Shown here: one piece after another, positions 11,601 to 24,600 of the stretch | Position numbering within the stretch: the stretch's first letter is position 1 | Layout of the letters: each line of letters starts with the position of its first letter | Assembly (NCBI RefSeq): GCF_964204645.1 | Contig: NC_134025.1 | Coordinates: forward strand, 26,020,299 to 26,084,298 | Length of the DNA: 64,000 bases | Source: Tubulanus polymorphus | Lineage: Eukaryota > Animalia > Nemertea | Direction of reading: 5' to 3' | Program-made: the position numbers and the translations under genes | Notes under the pieces: model-generated | Seen by the model: only the letters and a program-made list of their open reading frames with translations | What the model was told of the DNA's origin: nothing | Database searches by the model: none

Positions 11601-14248
11601 GAGAACCATAAATCCCTGAAAAAATATATTGAAAGCTTACAGATGGGGGAACCTGTGTTTGAAAAGGCAGATGCAAGTAAAAAACATCTAAATTTCTAAG
11701 GATAATTTCAATCTATTCCTGATTATATACATACCAAATCGCCATCCATTTGTTCAGCTTGGAGAGTCCAGGTGGATCCCTATAAAATAAGAAAAATTTC
11801 AATCAATAAACTTCACTCCATGCTGTAAGCGCTTTTTACTATTTCATCATCCCTACCTGTTGATCATAGAGAGCCCAAAATACTGGTAGAGGAAGGAATA
11901 TCAACAGTACCCATAACACGGCCTTTACATCTTCAATGAATGTTTTCTAAAATTGAAAATGTTTCAAAGCTATAGAATTTCATCCACATTGCCTAACAAA
12001 TTATTCGTATTGCCTTATGCCTACTCAACACAATAATCTTATAGCCTACCTCATACATATCATCTGCATAATCCAAGACAGAATCTCTTTTGATAGTAGA
12101 CATCGTAAACTTATTAGTAATACCTCTCTGTAGGAGAAAAACATAACTAATTCAAAATAGGATAGTACTTAATAATAGTTAGGTTCTATTTCATTATAAA
12201 AACATACATAAATACACATGAAGAATCTTCCTACAATGTTTCCACTAGGTGGTGTTATTTTGTATGCATTCTTACCACTGACAAAGAAGACTAAAAGACA
12301 AAGCAAAATATTTTGTTATACGAAGAACTTGCCTCTATTCTTCTACCAGATAAATTTCTATTTGAATGATTGATATGAAATGAAATAAACATACTTATTG
12401 CAATAATCATAAGCAATGCAGGAACTCCAAATGCAAGTGGGTAGCAATCTCCACCAAAACACTGTACATCCTCTGTAAAAATATTTGAAGTTTTATGCAA
12501 ATGAAATTGGATCTGTGTATTTGAGAAAGTACAATTTCATTTTGACTAACCTCTGAAAATAGGAGTCAAAAAGGTTGAAATCAGTGACCCAGCATTTATT
12601 GCCAGATAGAAAATGGAAAAGAACTGAGCTAGAAGTCGCTCCTAAAATAAAAAGAATAGATACGATATAGTACAAATAGATAACTTTGAGATATGATGAG
12701 AATATTGTATACACGAATGTCCAGACCTGACTAGGTTCAAATTGGTCACCACCAAAGGCAGATACGCAGGGTTTGATACCACCAGTTCCAATAGCTATCA
12801 AGAGAAGAGCCACCATCGGTCCGGGTACTCTGAAAAAGCCAAATCAATGTCATAGATAGGTTCCATTTGCAATTTTGGAATAGTTTCTATCTCAACTTCA
12901 CTCACCTATTTTCTAATGGAAATGCTGTGAATGACATGATCACATTACCAACAGCATAAACGATAGACAGATAGGTGATTGTCCTAAAATGGCACGTCAA
13001 AAATCATAAATTATCTCAATCAGCATTGGTTTACCGGTAATTTGATTTCCTGCCACTTTTCTTTAAAAGACTGCATTAACTTACTTGAATTTACCGATCC
13101 ATCCATCAGCTATACAAGCCCCGATAATAGGGGTAAAATAGCAAAGCATATTGAAAGCATGGAAAATTTCAGTAGCTGCGTGAGCCCCAAATTGCAGGTG
13201 ATTCTTCAAGTATAAGGTCAGTACAGCTAAAACAACACAGAATGACGAGGATAGAGATTTCAACTGATATAAGCACTGTAAATGCTATTGGTGACATGAC
13301 TTTCTACTTACTTCTCATTCCATAGAAGGAAAACCTCTCACAAAACTCTGTCATGAGAATTAAGAACACCGGTTTTGGATAATCTCGACATGATTCCTAA
13401 AATTGCAAAATGTAAATCACTGGAGTAAGATTCTAGTATTTTGTTTGTTGAAAGAACTGCAACTGTTCAACAGAAATTGATAAATATATATCTATAATAT
13501 ATAATTTCTACCGAAAGTTCTTGGCAACAATTTTTCTTTTCCTTGATTTCATCATCAGGGTCTCTGGCCACATCAAGATCGCAAAGATGGTCTTTTGACA
13601 TCGCACTAGATGTGTTTCCAGTTTTGCCACTTTCAAGTAATCTAGTGCCTACAAACAACATTGAATATGTCAAAAGCATTATAGCTATATATTTCTGCAC
13701 AAGGGCAACAATTACTCCAATACTTTCTATATACAATGTATGTATGTGTTTTTGCAAAAAAAAAACCCATTTTGATATCTGATGAATTGATGTATGTTGT
13801 TAAGGTAAAGAAAAGTCACACTCTTGAATTCATATGATATGAATAAGACAAAATCAGTTATAATTAGATCAATGTTTAAAGTCAATGTCCAGAAAATCTA
13901 AGCATACCAGCATTTGAGTAAGTTGGCCAAAACTCTTTCTAAAAATAGGCGAATATCCAAACCGGGATGTGGATGAAAATTTGAATCAAAATTAGAAAAT
14001 TCCAGGACATATTCAGGGTAATTCTTTATTCAAAAAGAAGGGGCCTAGATCCCATGTGGATCTACCACCATCAAAAGCCTGAGATATGATAAAGAATATA
14101 CATATTTAGTAGAAATTGACAAAATAAAATAGAAATGTTAGCAACAACACGATAAAAAGTAAGTTGATACATTAAGTCTACCTTCATCAATAGGCTTGCC
14201 ATTGCTGCCAGTTGATGATGCACTATCACTATCATGATTCTCCATCAT
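8674..14248 (-). CDS. SLC15A1/2: Proton-coupled oligopeptide transporter (POT/PTR family, PepT1/PepT2-like) with large extracellular domain
   Basis: More than 20 small phase-consistent exons, starting MMENHDSDS (14248). Motifs YPKPVFLILMTEFCERFSFYGM (ExxERF), CYFTPIIGACIADGWIGKF (PTR2), GTGGIKPCVSAFGGDQF, FYLAINAGSL, CYPLAFGVPA, LPLPVFWALYDQQGSTWTLQA and QIPQYVIITIGEIFFSVTGL. Two versions of the TM11 exon (9578-9682, 9410-9517). Last exon 8674-8904. Confidence 0.95.
9410..9517 (-). other. SLC15 TM11 exon, copy B (108 nt, phase 0-0)
   Basis: tttcag|GCT CCG GTA ... AGT GCG|gtaaga encodes APVSMKSVVQSFFLLTTAFGNLIVIVASTVTISDSA. Confidence 0.9.
9578..9682 (-). other. SLC15 TM11 exon, copy A (105 nt, phase 0-0)
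   Basis: tgacag|GCT CCT AAA ... CAT GGT|gtaagt encodes APKTMKSVLMAVWLLTIAIGNLIVLLFEMTSMSHG. Confidence 0.9.
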
Positions 14249-16678
14249 CAATCTTCAGTTCATCTCCATCTAATTAAAAACGATGATTTCATTATTTAGG
14301 GTTTAAAGGATCAGAGTTATATATAGGCTTATATATGCAATATGTTCCAAATAATCAAAAACTTTCAAATTAGGTTAATGCTCAATCCAGACACATGTCA
14401 ACATACGTTTTATTCACATATGTGTTAATAGTGCCTCAAAAACATAAGCCTAACATTATGCGTTTTTATCATCACATTTTCTATATCCTTTTCTTGTGTG
14501 AAATATTGAAAAGAATTTATTCAAAATGCCTGATATAGTACATGAATATGATGTGTTTGTATGAAAGTTAATAAACTTTGTGTACCAAATGACAGTTCAC
14601 ATACCCAAATCAGAACGCCGAATACTGCTAACAAGACTAATGAAATGGAAAGTTTATGGTAAAATTCCGAAGATGAACGTATAAGAAATCCTTAGATCCT
14701 AAATCCTTTGAATGAATATTGTGTCACTTAAGAAAAAGAATCATTAAATGTTTTTAACATAAACCAATGGAATCCTTAAAACTAGCTGAAGGCCACTATA
14801 TGAGCCACACTCATCTAAATATTCATCCTACATAGTGGATAACAGAATCTACATTGCGTTTTCAAACTGTCCATGTAGGTGAAAAAATAGTCCATATGGC
14901 ATTAATGGAAATCCTTGCCGGCTGGTTTTATATGCACGAATGCTGTTCACTGTGAGCAATGATATGGTGGCGACGCAAAACAATGATTAACCCACTGTGA
15001 CCTGTTCTTGCAGAATGCACAGCATATTAAATTGTAATGAAAATGACCTTTATCTGCAATGCTGACAAAAATATAAGTGATTAACGCACTTTTTGTTACT
15101 TTAAATACCATGCCCTAAAATATAATCATTGTTATTGCGTGTTATTGCCCTATACATATCAAAATTTATCAAATGACCTGGCAAAAGAAAATATTAATTA
15201 GAAAATAGTTAATCAATGTGTCTTGTTTGACACCTTTGTAAAGAATCAGATAGATTTTCATGATAAGCCTCATAGATAACTACTACTAGAAATAAGAAAA
15301 GACCACAAATGGTTAAAATGCAATTATCTTGCCATGTGATAGAATCACACAGAATTGTTGAATAATGAATGATAAGCAAGTTGACCATCGCTCTATGACA
15401 AGAATAATCATTACAGGTGCTTACCTTAGGTTTATCAGTACATCAACAGCTTTACTGCACAGACCAATTCTACTACCTGCAATGACAAAATAGATGACTT
15501 CATGCATCACAACGATCCTTAGACAAATAGAATCGATAATGGAACAGTTTGAATATTTAAGAGTGTAAATCTAACCTAACATGTACTTAGAATCATGGAG
15601 CAGAAGTCTCAAACCTAACCCTAATCTTATTCCTCAGCAAGGATATTTACCAGAGAATTGAATGCCATACCATAATGGCATGAAAAATTTGATAAATTGG
15701 AAAAATTTAGGTATGTTTGTCTTTAATAAACTTTTATGACCAAATTGAATTTAATAACATTATGTAGGAGTGTGTGTATATCAATTGGATTATTATCAAT
15801 ATTGAGATTTTTATTCAGATCACATTAATATTAAGCTTCTATGGCAGATTCTGACTTACCCAATGTTACTACGATATCATTCCATTAACAGAAAGGTAAA
15901 TATTGATGTAGGATCATATTTAGGCTGTGATCATTGCTGTGTTAATTACACTATCAATCACATCAAGAAGTCAATTTACTCCATTTCCCCACCCCCTTCC
16001 GCTAGGTTTCTAGTTTCATTTTACTTACAAAGTGTTTTGTTGCATAAAATACAAACAATTGAAAGACGGAAGTAGATATTAAAATCTGGAAACAGAATCA
16101 TTGAGATGCATCACAATAAAGGTGAATTAAATCGCCACTTACTGTACTGGTATCGAATTAGAAATTTCAGCTAGGAACCAGTAAACTGCTTTACGTTTAT
16201 GATAATATTCAATTGACTATCTCAATCAGAAGATAGTTGGACATTACTAAATGCTGTTTTTAGGTTATGACCCTTTATAAATAGAGTTTCGTATTGACAT
16301 ATTAGACTCTGATAAGTGATAATCTAGGATATAGGTACAAAAGGTTTTAAAAATGTATCGGAAAGGTATAAAAATATGCAAGGGATAGATCTGATGTCTC
16401 TAATCGACTCTAATCAATATATGGTGTAACTCAATGTTTAAGAAAATTTCCCTTCATCAATAGAAGAGTTTGAAATTGATGAAGCTGTGTCTATAGAATA
16501 TTGCAAAATACAATCGTCTTAACTGCGATTTCTATGGGACTTATTAATCAACTGCATTAAATTAAAGTACAAAATTGGTAGCCTATGTGACAAGGCTTAA
16601 TTAATGGCATAAATTTCGAAGATTTTCAACCTTTTCAAATTCTAAGATTTCCAAAGCAGTTGTTCCAATCAACTCACT

Positions 16679-17100
16679 TCACATTTTCACCATCTACAGC
16701 TAATAACATGGCCAAATGCAGTCCTACCCATTTCACATGCAATGCCAACGGTCTGTATGGTCTCATCTTATCGCAGCACACTGCGTTGCATTCTGAAGGA
16801 CATAGCAAATATAGATAACACTCTCCAAAGAAAGCCTGTACTGTAGGGTGCTGTAGCACGCAGAAGCAAGAAGATTTTCTATGCCCAATCAACATTAAAA
16901 AATTAAACTTAAGACTCATCTGAATCAGCATGCATCAGCAATTTTGACTTGACTGATGACTGGCTGAGCAGAACAACAGTCAAGAAAGGCATCTTATCAC
17001 AGACATCACAGCAACACAATCTAATTCAGGCCATGGTGGTCATCTTTGATCGCCATTGATGGACTCACTAGGCTACCTTGATTGGCTCCTCCTTTATATT
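16679..17100 (-). promoter_or_regulatory. Candidate SLC15 TATA promoter and non-coding first exon
   Basis: Minus-strand TATAAA at ~17093-17098 and a consensus donor GAA|GTGAGT at ~16678. The coding exon has an acceptor (ttaattag) at 14270, so an upstream UTR exon is implied. Its exact position is inferred. Confidence 0.3.
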
Positions 17101-17371
17101 TTGCTGGGCTGGCTCTTGCCTGGTTGATAACAAATAATCATCAAATTGATCATATGATGACGGGCTAGGCATGACTCACAAAATTTAAATTAATTACCGG
17201 TATCAACAATTCTCCGGTATTGGTATTGGTACTGAAAGTGTACCGGTACATCCCCCACAGGAGAAAAATATTTCAGACAATATTCTTAAAGGAAATCATA
17301 AGGTACAAACTTTGGCATGGTGTGCATAAAGGGGAGTATGGTGGGCTGTGTGTATTGGACCACAATAGAGC

Positions 17372-17957
17372 GGTATCTTCCCATTTCTCCCCCCACAACC
17401 TATTTCCATTTTACATTTCGCCTCGGATCCTGTCTATTTCTTTCCTAGCTTCCCAATTCGCCCTTTTCCCGATTTCGCCTTATATCAATCTTTAATTTCT
17501 GCCCACCAATTATTTTCAACCTGGAGCTCCCAGGTGGAAATTTGATTTGTGATTTCATTATTCTTGACTAATATTTTGGTTTAAGTCTTTTAAATTTGTT
17601 GTGGGTTTTTAATTAATGAGTGAGGGTTTAAAACGAGTACGTTGCTGTTTAGGTCTGATAAGTTAAATTTAAAAAAAAATATTTTTCTCGTTACATTTTT
17701 CTTAGAACTTTGTTAGAACTCAATTATCAGTAGTCCATACTTTGAAATAGGCCTATGTTGCTATTATGTTATTAATTGAAATAATAAACAACATAACAAT
17801 AACATGATTGATAGCATATCAAACTTGCAAAATTTGCAAAAATTGGCGATAACAATGGGAAATGGGTAGCACAAAATGGTTAAGGGTTAAAGGAGAGAGG
17901 GCGAAATGGGAAAAAGCTGAATCGGGAATAAATAAGGGGCGAAATGGGAATAAACCC
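17372..17957. mobile_element. MITE with TIRs and inverted subterminal repeats (CCCATTTCGCCC / GGGCGAAATGGG)
   Basis: Left end GGTATCTTCCCATTTC, right end GAAATGGGAATAAACC. Several (C)ATTTCGCC(C) units on the left (17379-17480) mirror GGCGAAATGGG units on the right (17853-17950). The core is AT-rich. Confidence 0.65.
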
Positions 17958-18649
17958 ATCAGATGTGACAGTTGTTTACATGTGACTTGCACAGGACACC
18001 ACGTGGAGTTGTTTCGCATTACCTTTCATAGTATTTGGCATCGGTAACACCGGTCGATATAGTCCGGTTTTAAATTGCTTAAAACATCAATTTAAAACTC
18101 ATATCCACGGTCTATTTACAAATATATGTGGTAAAATACGATCTTGATTTTAAAGATAGAATTGTTCATTAATTATTGTTAGATACTGAGATTTATTTAT
18201 ATGAAAAATTAAGACAATTAGGTACAAGGTAAATGGGCGGGAATCAAATAAACCAATCAAATAGCTTGTTACATCTCACATGGTTAGGTAAACAAGGTTT
18301 CGATATCTCCACTGAATAGTATTTTCGTGGATTTAACGGACACTAAAACGCCTTGAAAAAACTATTCCATTGATTTCAAAATCTACAATTTATCCTAGAT
18401 ATAAAGAATAATTCCTTTAAAGATATTCATTTAGAGATTTATGAATTATCTCTTGGATTTTTCAAATTTTATCTAATTCGCGAATTTTGCCAGCGATTAC
18501 AACGCTCTAGAAACCGCCGTGTATGTATCTAAACATGGTGGATCCTCCTCCATCTTGAATGTTTACTCTGCTAAAACTTGCCGTTCCATTTTTACTCGAA
18601 CTCACCCCGATTTACCACGCGACGGAACTGATAATAGAAGGCTATTTAG

Positions 18650-21600
18650 ATGGACAGTACGTCCATTATTACCTCAGTGAGGGAAGATGACGGTATTATA
18701 CCTCCATTCTCGCCCACCGCAGAAAAAGGTTTGTTGTTTCTTAGTATTTACAAATTAATTCGTGGCCTCGCGCTCACTCGCTCCGAATCTAACCTTCCTT
18801 TTCCTCGACATGTTGTGCTATTTTTACAGTGCTACTCTCCTGTCCCACCCATTGATATTCAATAACTCGTTGTGTGTTCTAAGCCTTCCTTTTACCAGCC
18901 CGTACTGCTGATGTTGCACTTGCCAAACAAAACGGTAATCTTGCTTTGACATACTGCTTCTCCTTTCCATCAAATAAACTGTTGGCAAGTCTTAAAGTCA
19001 AAGAGTTAAATGTGCTGACCTTGTTACAGTAGCCTTTTTTGTTAGGCCAAGCCCAACAAGGCACGTATGGCCAGCTGGAGTATGGCACAGTTAAGTTGGC
19101 TAAGGCTTAGCGTGATTAAATGCAAGCGTACATACATTATGATGTAAAAATGCTGAATGTACCTATATTAATTTACCCCGATGTATGGCTGAACGTTCTC
19201 ATCAGTGCTGTAACCTGCTACTGCCTTTTTTTAATTCTGTGAGTAACATGATTTATTACACATGTTTTATGAGGATTTTGATAGGGTTTTGTGTGGCCTG
19301 TTTGGTTTAAAACACTGGCCACTGAGGATGACATACTCTAATGGAATTATTAGCGTAGGTATTGTACTGATAGGCCTACTTGTCAGTGGTAGGGATGTTT
19401 GTAATGTTGGCCCCCACGCATTCTCTAACTCAGAGAATCTGATGCGAGTGCTACACTGTGTAGGTGTAGGCGAGTTCCAGATTCCTACATGTGCAGTGAA
19501 GATAGTTGAACTGTTTGTAATTTGAGCTTAACAAAATTAGTAAGTTTGAGTCTATAGGCCTAAGGAAGTATTGGGTATTTGTGTCACATGCTGACCTTTT
19601 GAGGCAAGCTAGCGTCTTCGGCAGTTGCTATGCCTCACATGATATCAGTTTGATGACAGGCTTCAAAAATACTGGCAACATTTCAAGTTGTTCGAAAATG
19701 ACAGCGCGATAATTGGAGTTAGGCCTATATGCCGAGTGTAGTACCATTTAGGTAGGCTGCAGACTGTCGCATAGGTATTTGTATTGTGAAGAACCTACTG
19801 GTAATCAATTCTGATAAGTATTGGTAGGCCGATATGGCGAAAAAACAATTGATGTTCTAATTATCATATCAATAATCAATAGTGGGGCAGATACACGCGG
19901 ATACGCTATAGGCCTATTGTATTTATCAGGAAGTGAGTGGAATTATTTTGTTCTTTTACGAGTTGAAAGATTTACTGATGTTTTATTTTTAACGCCTGGG
20001 ATCTACAGTAGAGCTGGTCTATTACTGTGGTTCGTATTTGCTGTTTGAAATAAGTTGGTCATCTTGGTGAAACTTGATATAACCTTGATTATTACGAAAT
20101 ATCTTTAGTATTGACCAAAATCTAGTTCATACACAGTCCATTCCTGTTCATTATGGTCAGTTCTTAATCTTGAATTAGATACTCAACATGGATACCTAGT
20201 TTCGTTGAATTCGAATAGTCCACTTTTTCATTTCCATAGTAATATTTATTAATCAATTATTCATTGCCATTATAAAAATCATGCATTTCAAATTATTATT
20301 TATCACGAAGTAAATTCATATTATAACATGTAGTGTAGGTGCCTAAGCGCGCAGGCGCGTGTATCAATTCATATTGAATATTAAAACAACGGAATCGTAA
20401 TATATGAATTTAAAAATATTGATGAGTAATTGTGTGCATGAAATAATAATAGCGCTGCCTGTATCGTGTGATGCGCCCTCCTACATGTATAGTAGATATT
20501 CCGGTATAATGACCTAATGTGGTAACTGTGTTTCGTACAGATTTTTCAACCAGCATGATAAATGTATTTGTTATGGTTGTTGGTTTCAATTGAAAGGAAT
20601 GTCCCATATATTTTCTTTGGAATTGTGCCATATGACATTCAGTCATAAAAATTTAACCACAAACCATGAATGTTTTCAAGCGGTCATGCTTCGTAGAAGG
20701 CTATATTGTTATGCATATATATTGTTATTGTAAGCCAAGTTTAGTTATGTTGAATTGTAATTTGCTTTGAAGGTTGAAGTTGTCGACCCAATGCCGACAA
20801 AACTTGGCGATTATACAAACTTCCAGGTCAGCACCAATTCCTGGCATTTTTAAGGTTTCCTGAAATAATGTTTCAAAAATATGTTAGGTGGCATTCAAGT
20901 CGGCATATGTTATCACAAAAATGCCGCATGATGGCAGCACATGTACCAGTCGTGTGTGATACTGAGTTTTCACTTTATAGATTGAATTTTTTAGGAAGAT
21001 GACGTATTTATTTTACTGATAGGGCTAGGTTGACAAATATAATAAAATAGATAAAATTGATTGCTTACAAAGAATTTTTTGTCCCTTATCAGAGCATAAA
21101 GCACATTTAGAATGCGAGGCCTAAATTTGAATGCAAACTGCTTATGATATTACAGGAGAATGAATGAATTCATTTATAGGTTAAGGAAAATTGGTTGTTT
21201 ATGTAGTTAAGTTAGTTTTCAAGACATTTCAAGTCATGCACGTTCTTGAAAATTATAGCCCAATTATTTTCAATGATCTACGATTCAATGCATGTCTAAT
21301 ATTATTGGCAGTAATCCATGGTATGGTTTGACTAGTCGTTTTCAGAGTTTTTATATATATATATAGCCTATTTCAAATGGTTTGTGCGGGCGTGTATTGT
21401 ATGGGTGCGTTTTACATAATCTATACGTTGTTGTTCGTTGTTCGGTATAGTGCGAAGATTTTATTGATGAAGTTGTTGCGATTTCATCCACCAGAGGGAG
21501 GAGATCTCTAAGTTCATTATCATAATTTGTCTACTCCCGTCGTCTATGCCTGTGAGCTGCATATATGTACGTGATGTGATGGAATATCATCATTCCGGAT

Positions 21601-24600
21601 ATACCCGCCGCGCTGCGCTTGTTTATTTGTACACAACATTATAACTGATCTAATAGGATTAACAACTCCCCGTTATATCATTGATAACCATCAGTAGTTC
21701 ATTGAGTTAACTTTTTCTAAAAGGAACGCTGTGGCGGCACCCATGTCTATTTATTATGGTGCTGCTGCACATTATCCAAATCTCATCTGCAAGTCAACGG
21801 CTGTAACTGTTCGACCTCAAAAAAAATATCGTTGCAAAAAAGGTGGGTTGCTTTACATACAACGGTGCTGTTTGGAAGAGTGTAGGGTGGACCTGTTTCA
21901 TTAATAAGCCTTTATTTTCTGGTTGTTGATATTTAACATTTCAAACGGTTCAAGTATTGAATCCTGTCCGTTATGTATGATTTAGTTTCTTTCAGTTCTC
22001 TATAGCTTGTAGACTATAATGGAAGATTATTATGTATTGTATTTATCAGTTTCTGGTTGGTGTATTGTGGCGTTTTTTTTTTTATTCGTTTGTGTAATCC
22101 ATATGCACGTATGGTAACATATGTGGGATTATAAAGCCTATAGAATTGTAAATTCTATACTGTTATCGGTGAATATGTTATGATTAGTGTAGGGCGACTA
22201 GTTATTATTATGTGCAAATCGTGAAAAGAATATTTTCCATTCATCCCGATATAGGGCGTATATACGCCCATTCATAATAATGTAAGTGTGGTTTTTCCTC
22301 CTTTCGGGAATTTTCAGCTCCTAAGATGTTAAGCCATCAATGGTCGGTATATATATATCTTTATTAACATGTCATCTCGATTAACAAGCCAGCCTATAAT
22401 AAGGCTTACAAGACACATTGACATTTACAAGTACAACAAACATGTGGCATTGGATTAAAAATTAAGAATTAAGAATTTCGAAGTTTCATTCCTATGTAAT
22501 GCCTATTAGCATTGTTTGAATTAGCCTCAGTTCCTGTATTAAATCAATTTTCATTCTCATCAATAATGGTTGTTTGATGAACTCATTGATTGCTTAAATC
22601 ATTCATTAGACAGATCAATAACAAGGTTTGTTTATGAACAGGCTTTGTTTTGCACGAGTTTGCTCGAGAAAAAAATGACATTTATTTGATTGGGGAATTT
22701 GTTCAATGAAAGGTCATCGGATCTAGGCCGCTGAAGTAGTTTTGTGGTTAGATTTAGGTCAGTGTGGTTCATTACCTGCGGCTGTGGCGAGGTAGCATCA
22801 CAACAACGAATGTATCATGGCTTCGTTTTGCGTTTATAGCAATTTCATTACTCAATATCCCACATGGCAGTATCCACAAAGGGCGTCAATTGTTGAGCAT
22901 AAACTGGGAAAATTTGGTGAGTTTTTTAGTGACCTAAAACTGCTTAGTGTATTTTTATGAATGAATGTAATACGATTCTGTTGACGTGATGTTCTACACG
23001 CGAATAATGGCTGCCTTTTAAAAACCAGCAGAAGAACCGAGCTGTATAAGGGAAACCGTCGATGCTTTATAAGGCTATGCATAATTGATTTACAAATATT
23101 GGTTCATTAAGGTATCTGACTGTGTAATGATTATTGATAAGGGAAATATGTCGATCAATCGAAAGTGATTTGTTTCATTCCAAAGAAGTGTACGTCTTAA
23201 GAAGGTGTTTTTCTCAATTGTTAAACATTGTTGTTGGTTCTCAGTTATTGTTGCGATGCTCGGCGTGGATGATTTTTATTCACTTATTTGAATACCGGAT
23301 ATGTTTCTGTACAAACAAATGTTTGGCAAATAGTCAATTTCTACAGATCCTTGAGCTACTGAACTGTGGTGAACTCAGAAAATAGTAATAATATCTGGAC
23401 TTTAGGTTAGTTTCATGAAAAGGTTTTCGAAAAAAAGGAAGGCAAGCCCTCGATCATGGTTGGCACGTATGCCTTCTTTGTATTGTGCAGCTTGTGCAAC
23501 TCCACGAATACTCCCGTTTTTAAGGTCAGACTATTTACAAATCGTGTCACGTGAAGAATGTTTGAAATTCTGGCACAATGCAAAGCACGTAGATCAAAGT
23601 CGTGGTGAAGACTGACTAAGGAAGAAGAAGTAAGGACTTCGCTTAGACAGATGTGACCTATTTCAACAGTTGTTTGAGTCATTAAGGCCAGGTCTGGTCA
23701 TGTGAACGTATATAATCAGCATTGGAGATAGTTGTGACTGATACTGTATGGAATATACGTGCACAGACTATAGTTCACTAAATACTGGAGATAATATGTG
23801 AATGGATACATATGCTATTGTTCATCGCCGTTTTTTAGCGACTTTCATTTTGTGGTCATGTCTATGCTTCAGCTATTCGGTACACAAGCGAGTTTGTACC
23901 CGGTTCATAATCAGAATGTGAGAAAGTCGGCTGTCCCGCGAAGATGTATGTATCATCAGAAATAATTTGTAGGCATGGGATTTTTTCAGAAGGGTGCTTG
24001 CTCTTATAGGGTGATGTATGTCTCTTCTGTGTACTGGAAGAAGAGTACTTCATCAGGCGTCTTGAATTAGATAAAGCGATCTTTTGGTTGATACGTATTT
24101 CTTTTTCATATATTTTCAGCACCGTCCTCGAAGGTGAAACCACGAAAAGGTATCTTTGGTTCGTTATTTTGCTGTTTCGGAAATAATGCGACAAATTCTC
24201 ACAATCAAGCAGTGCCTACTGAAGAAAATGGTCATCCGAAGGTGAGCGTTTTGTTAAATCGATGGATATTTCTGACTGAATTTCTCCAGTGAAGTTCTCG
24301 TTTCTTTGCGGATCGTCAGCGATGAATGTCGCAGTTAGTTTAATCAAATCGATCTGAAGGTCACAAGCAACATTAACAGCTTTTTGTACAGCATTAGAAT
24401 CGACAATAGATAAATCACATCTAATTGCCCTACAGATTAACTGCGACAGTGCATGTATAAATTATTTTGGGATGGCTGGGTCGGCGTAGCATATATTTAG
24501 TTGTTCGAATGTTCTCAAGAGTCGTGCGATTTTTATTTGCAGACGATACAAAAATATCTGTTGCCACCGCGGAGGCAGACTGATTTAACGAAAAAGACGT

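Noticed and set aside
16950-17000. Hammerhead-like CTGATGA...GAAA
   Set aside because: Stem II lacks the closing G-C pair and stems I/III cannot be formed. The other CTGATGA sites checked, and the GAAAC hairpin at 32065-32087, also lack a complete core.
21944-21972. TTCAAGTA (miR-26 5' octamer) in CTDSP intron 1
   Set aside because: The match stops after 8 nt and sits in a tiny hairpin, not a pre-miRNA. It is expected by chance.
22254-22269. 16-bp perfect palindrome GGGCGTATATACGCCC
   Set aside because: About one palindrome of this length is expected by chance in 64 kb, and it has no supporting context.
23415-23635. 66-aa ORF and nearby GTAAGG donor as an alternative CTDSP first exon
   Set aside because: All three frames hit stops before the donor, and there is no homology.
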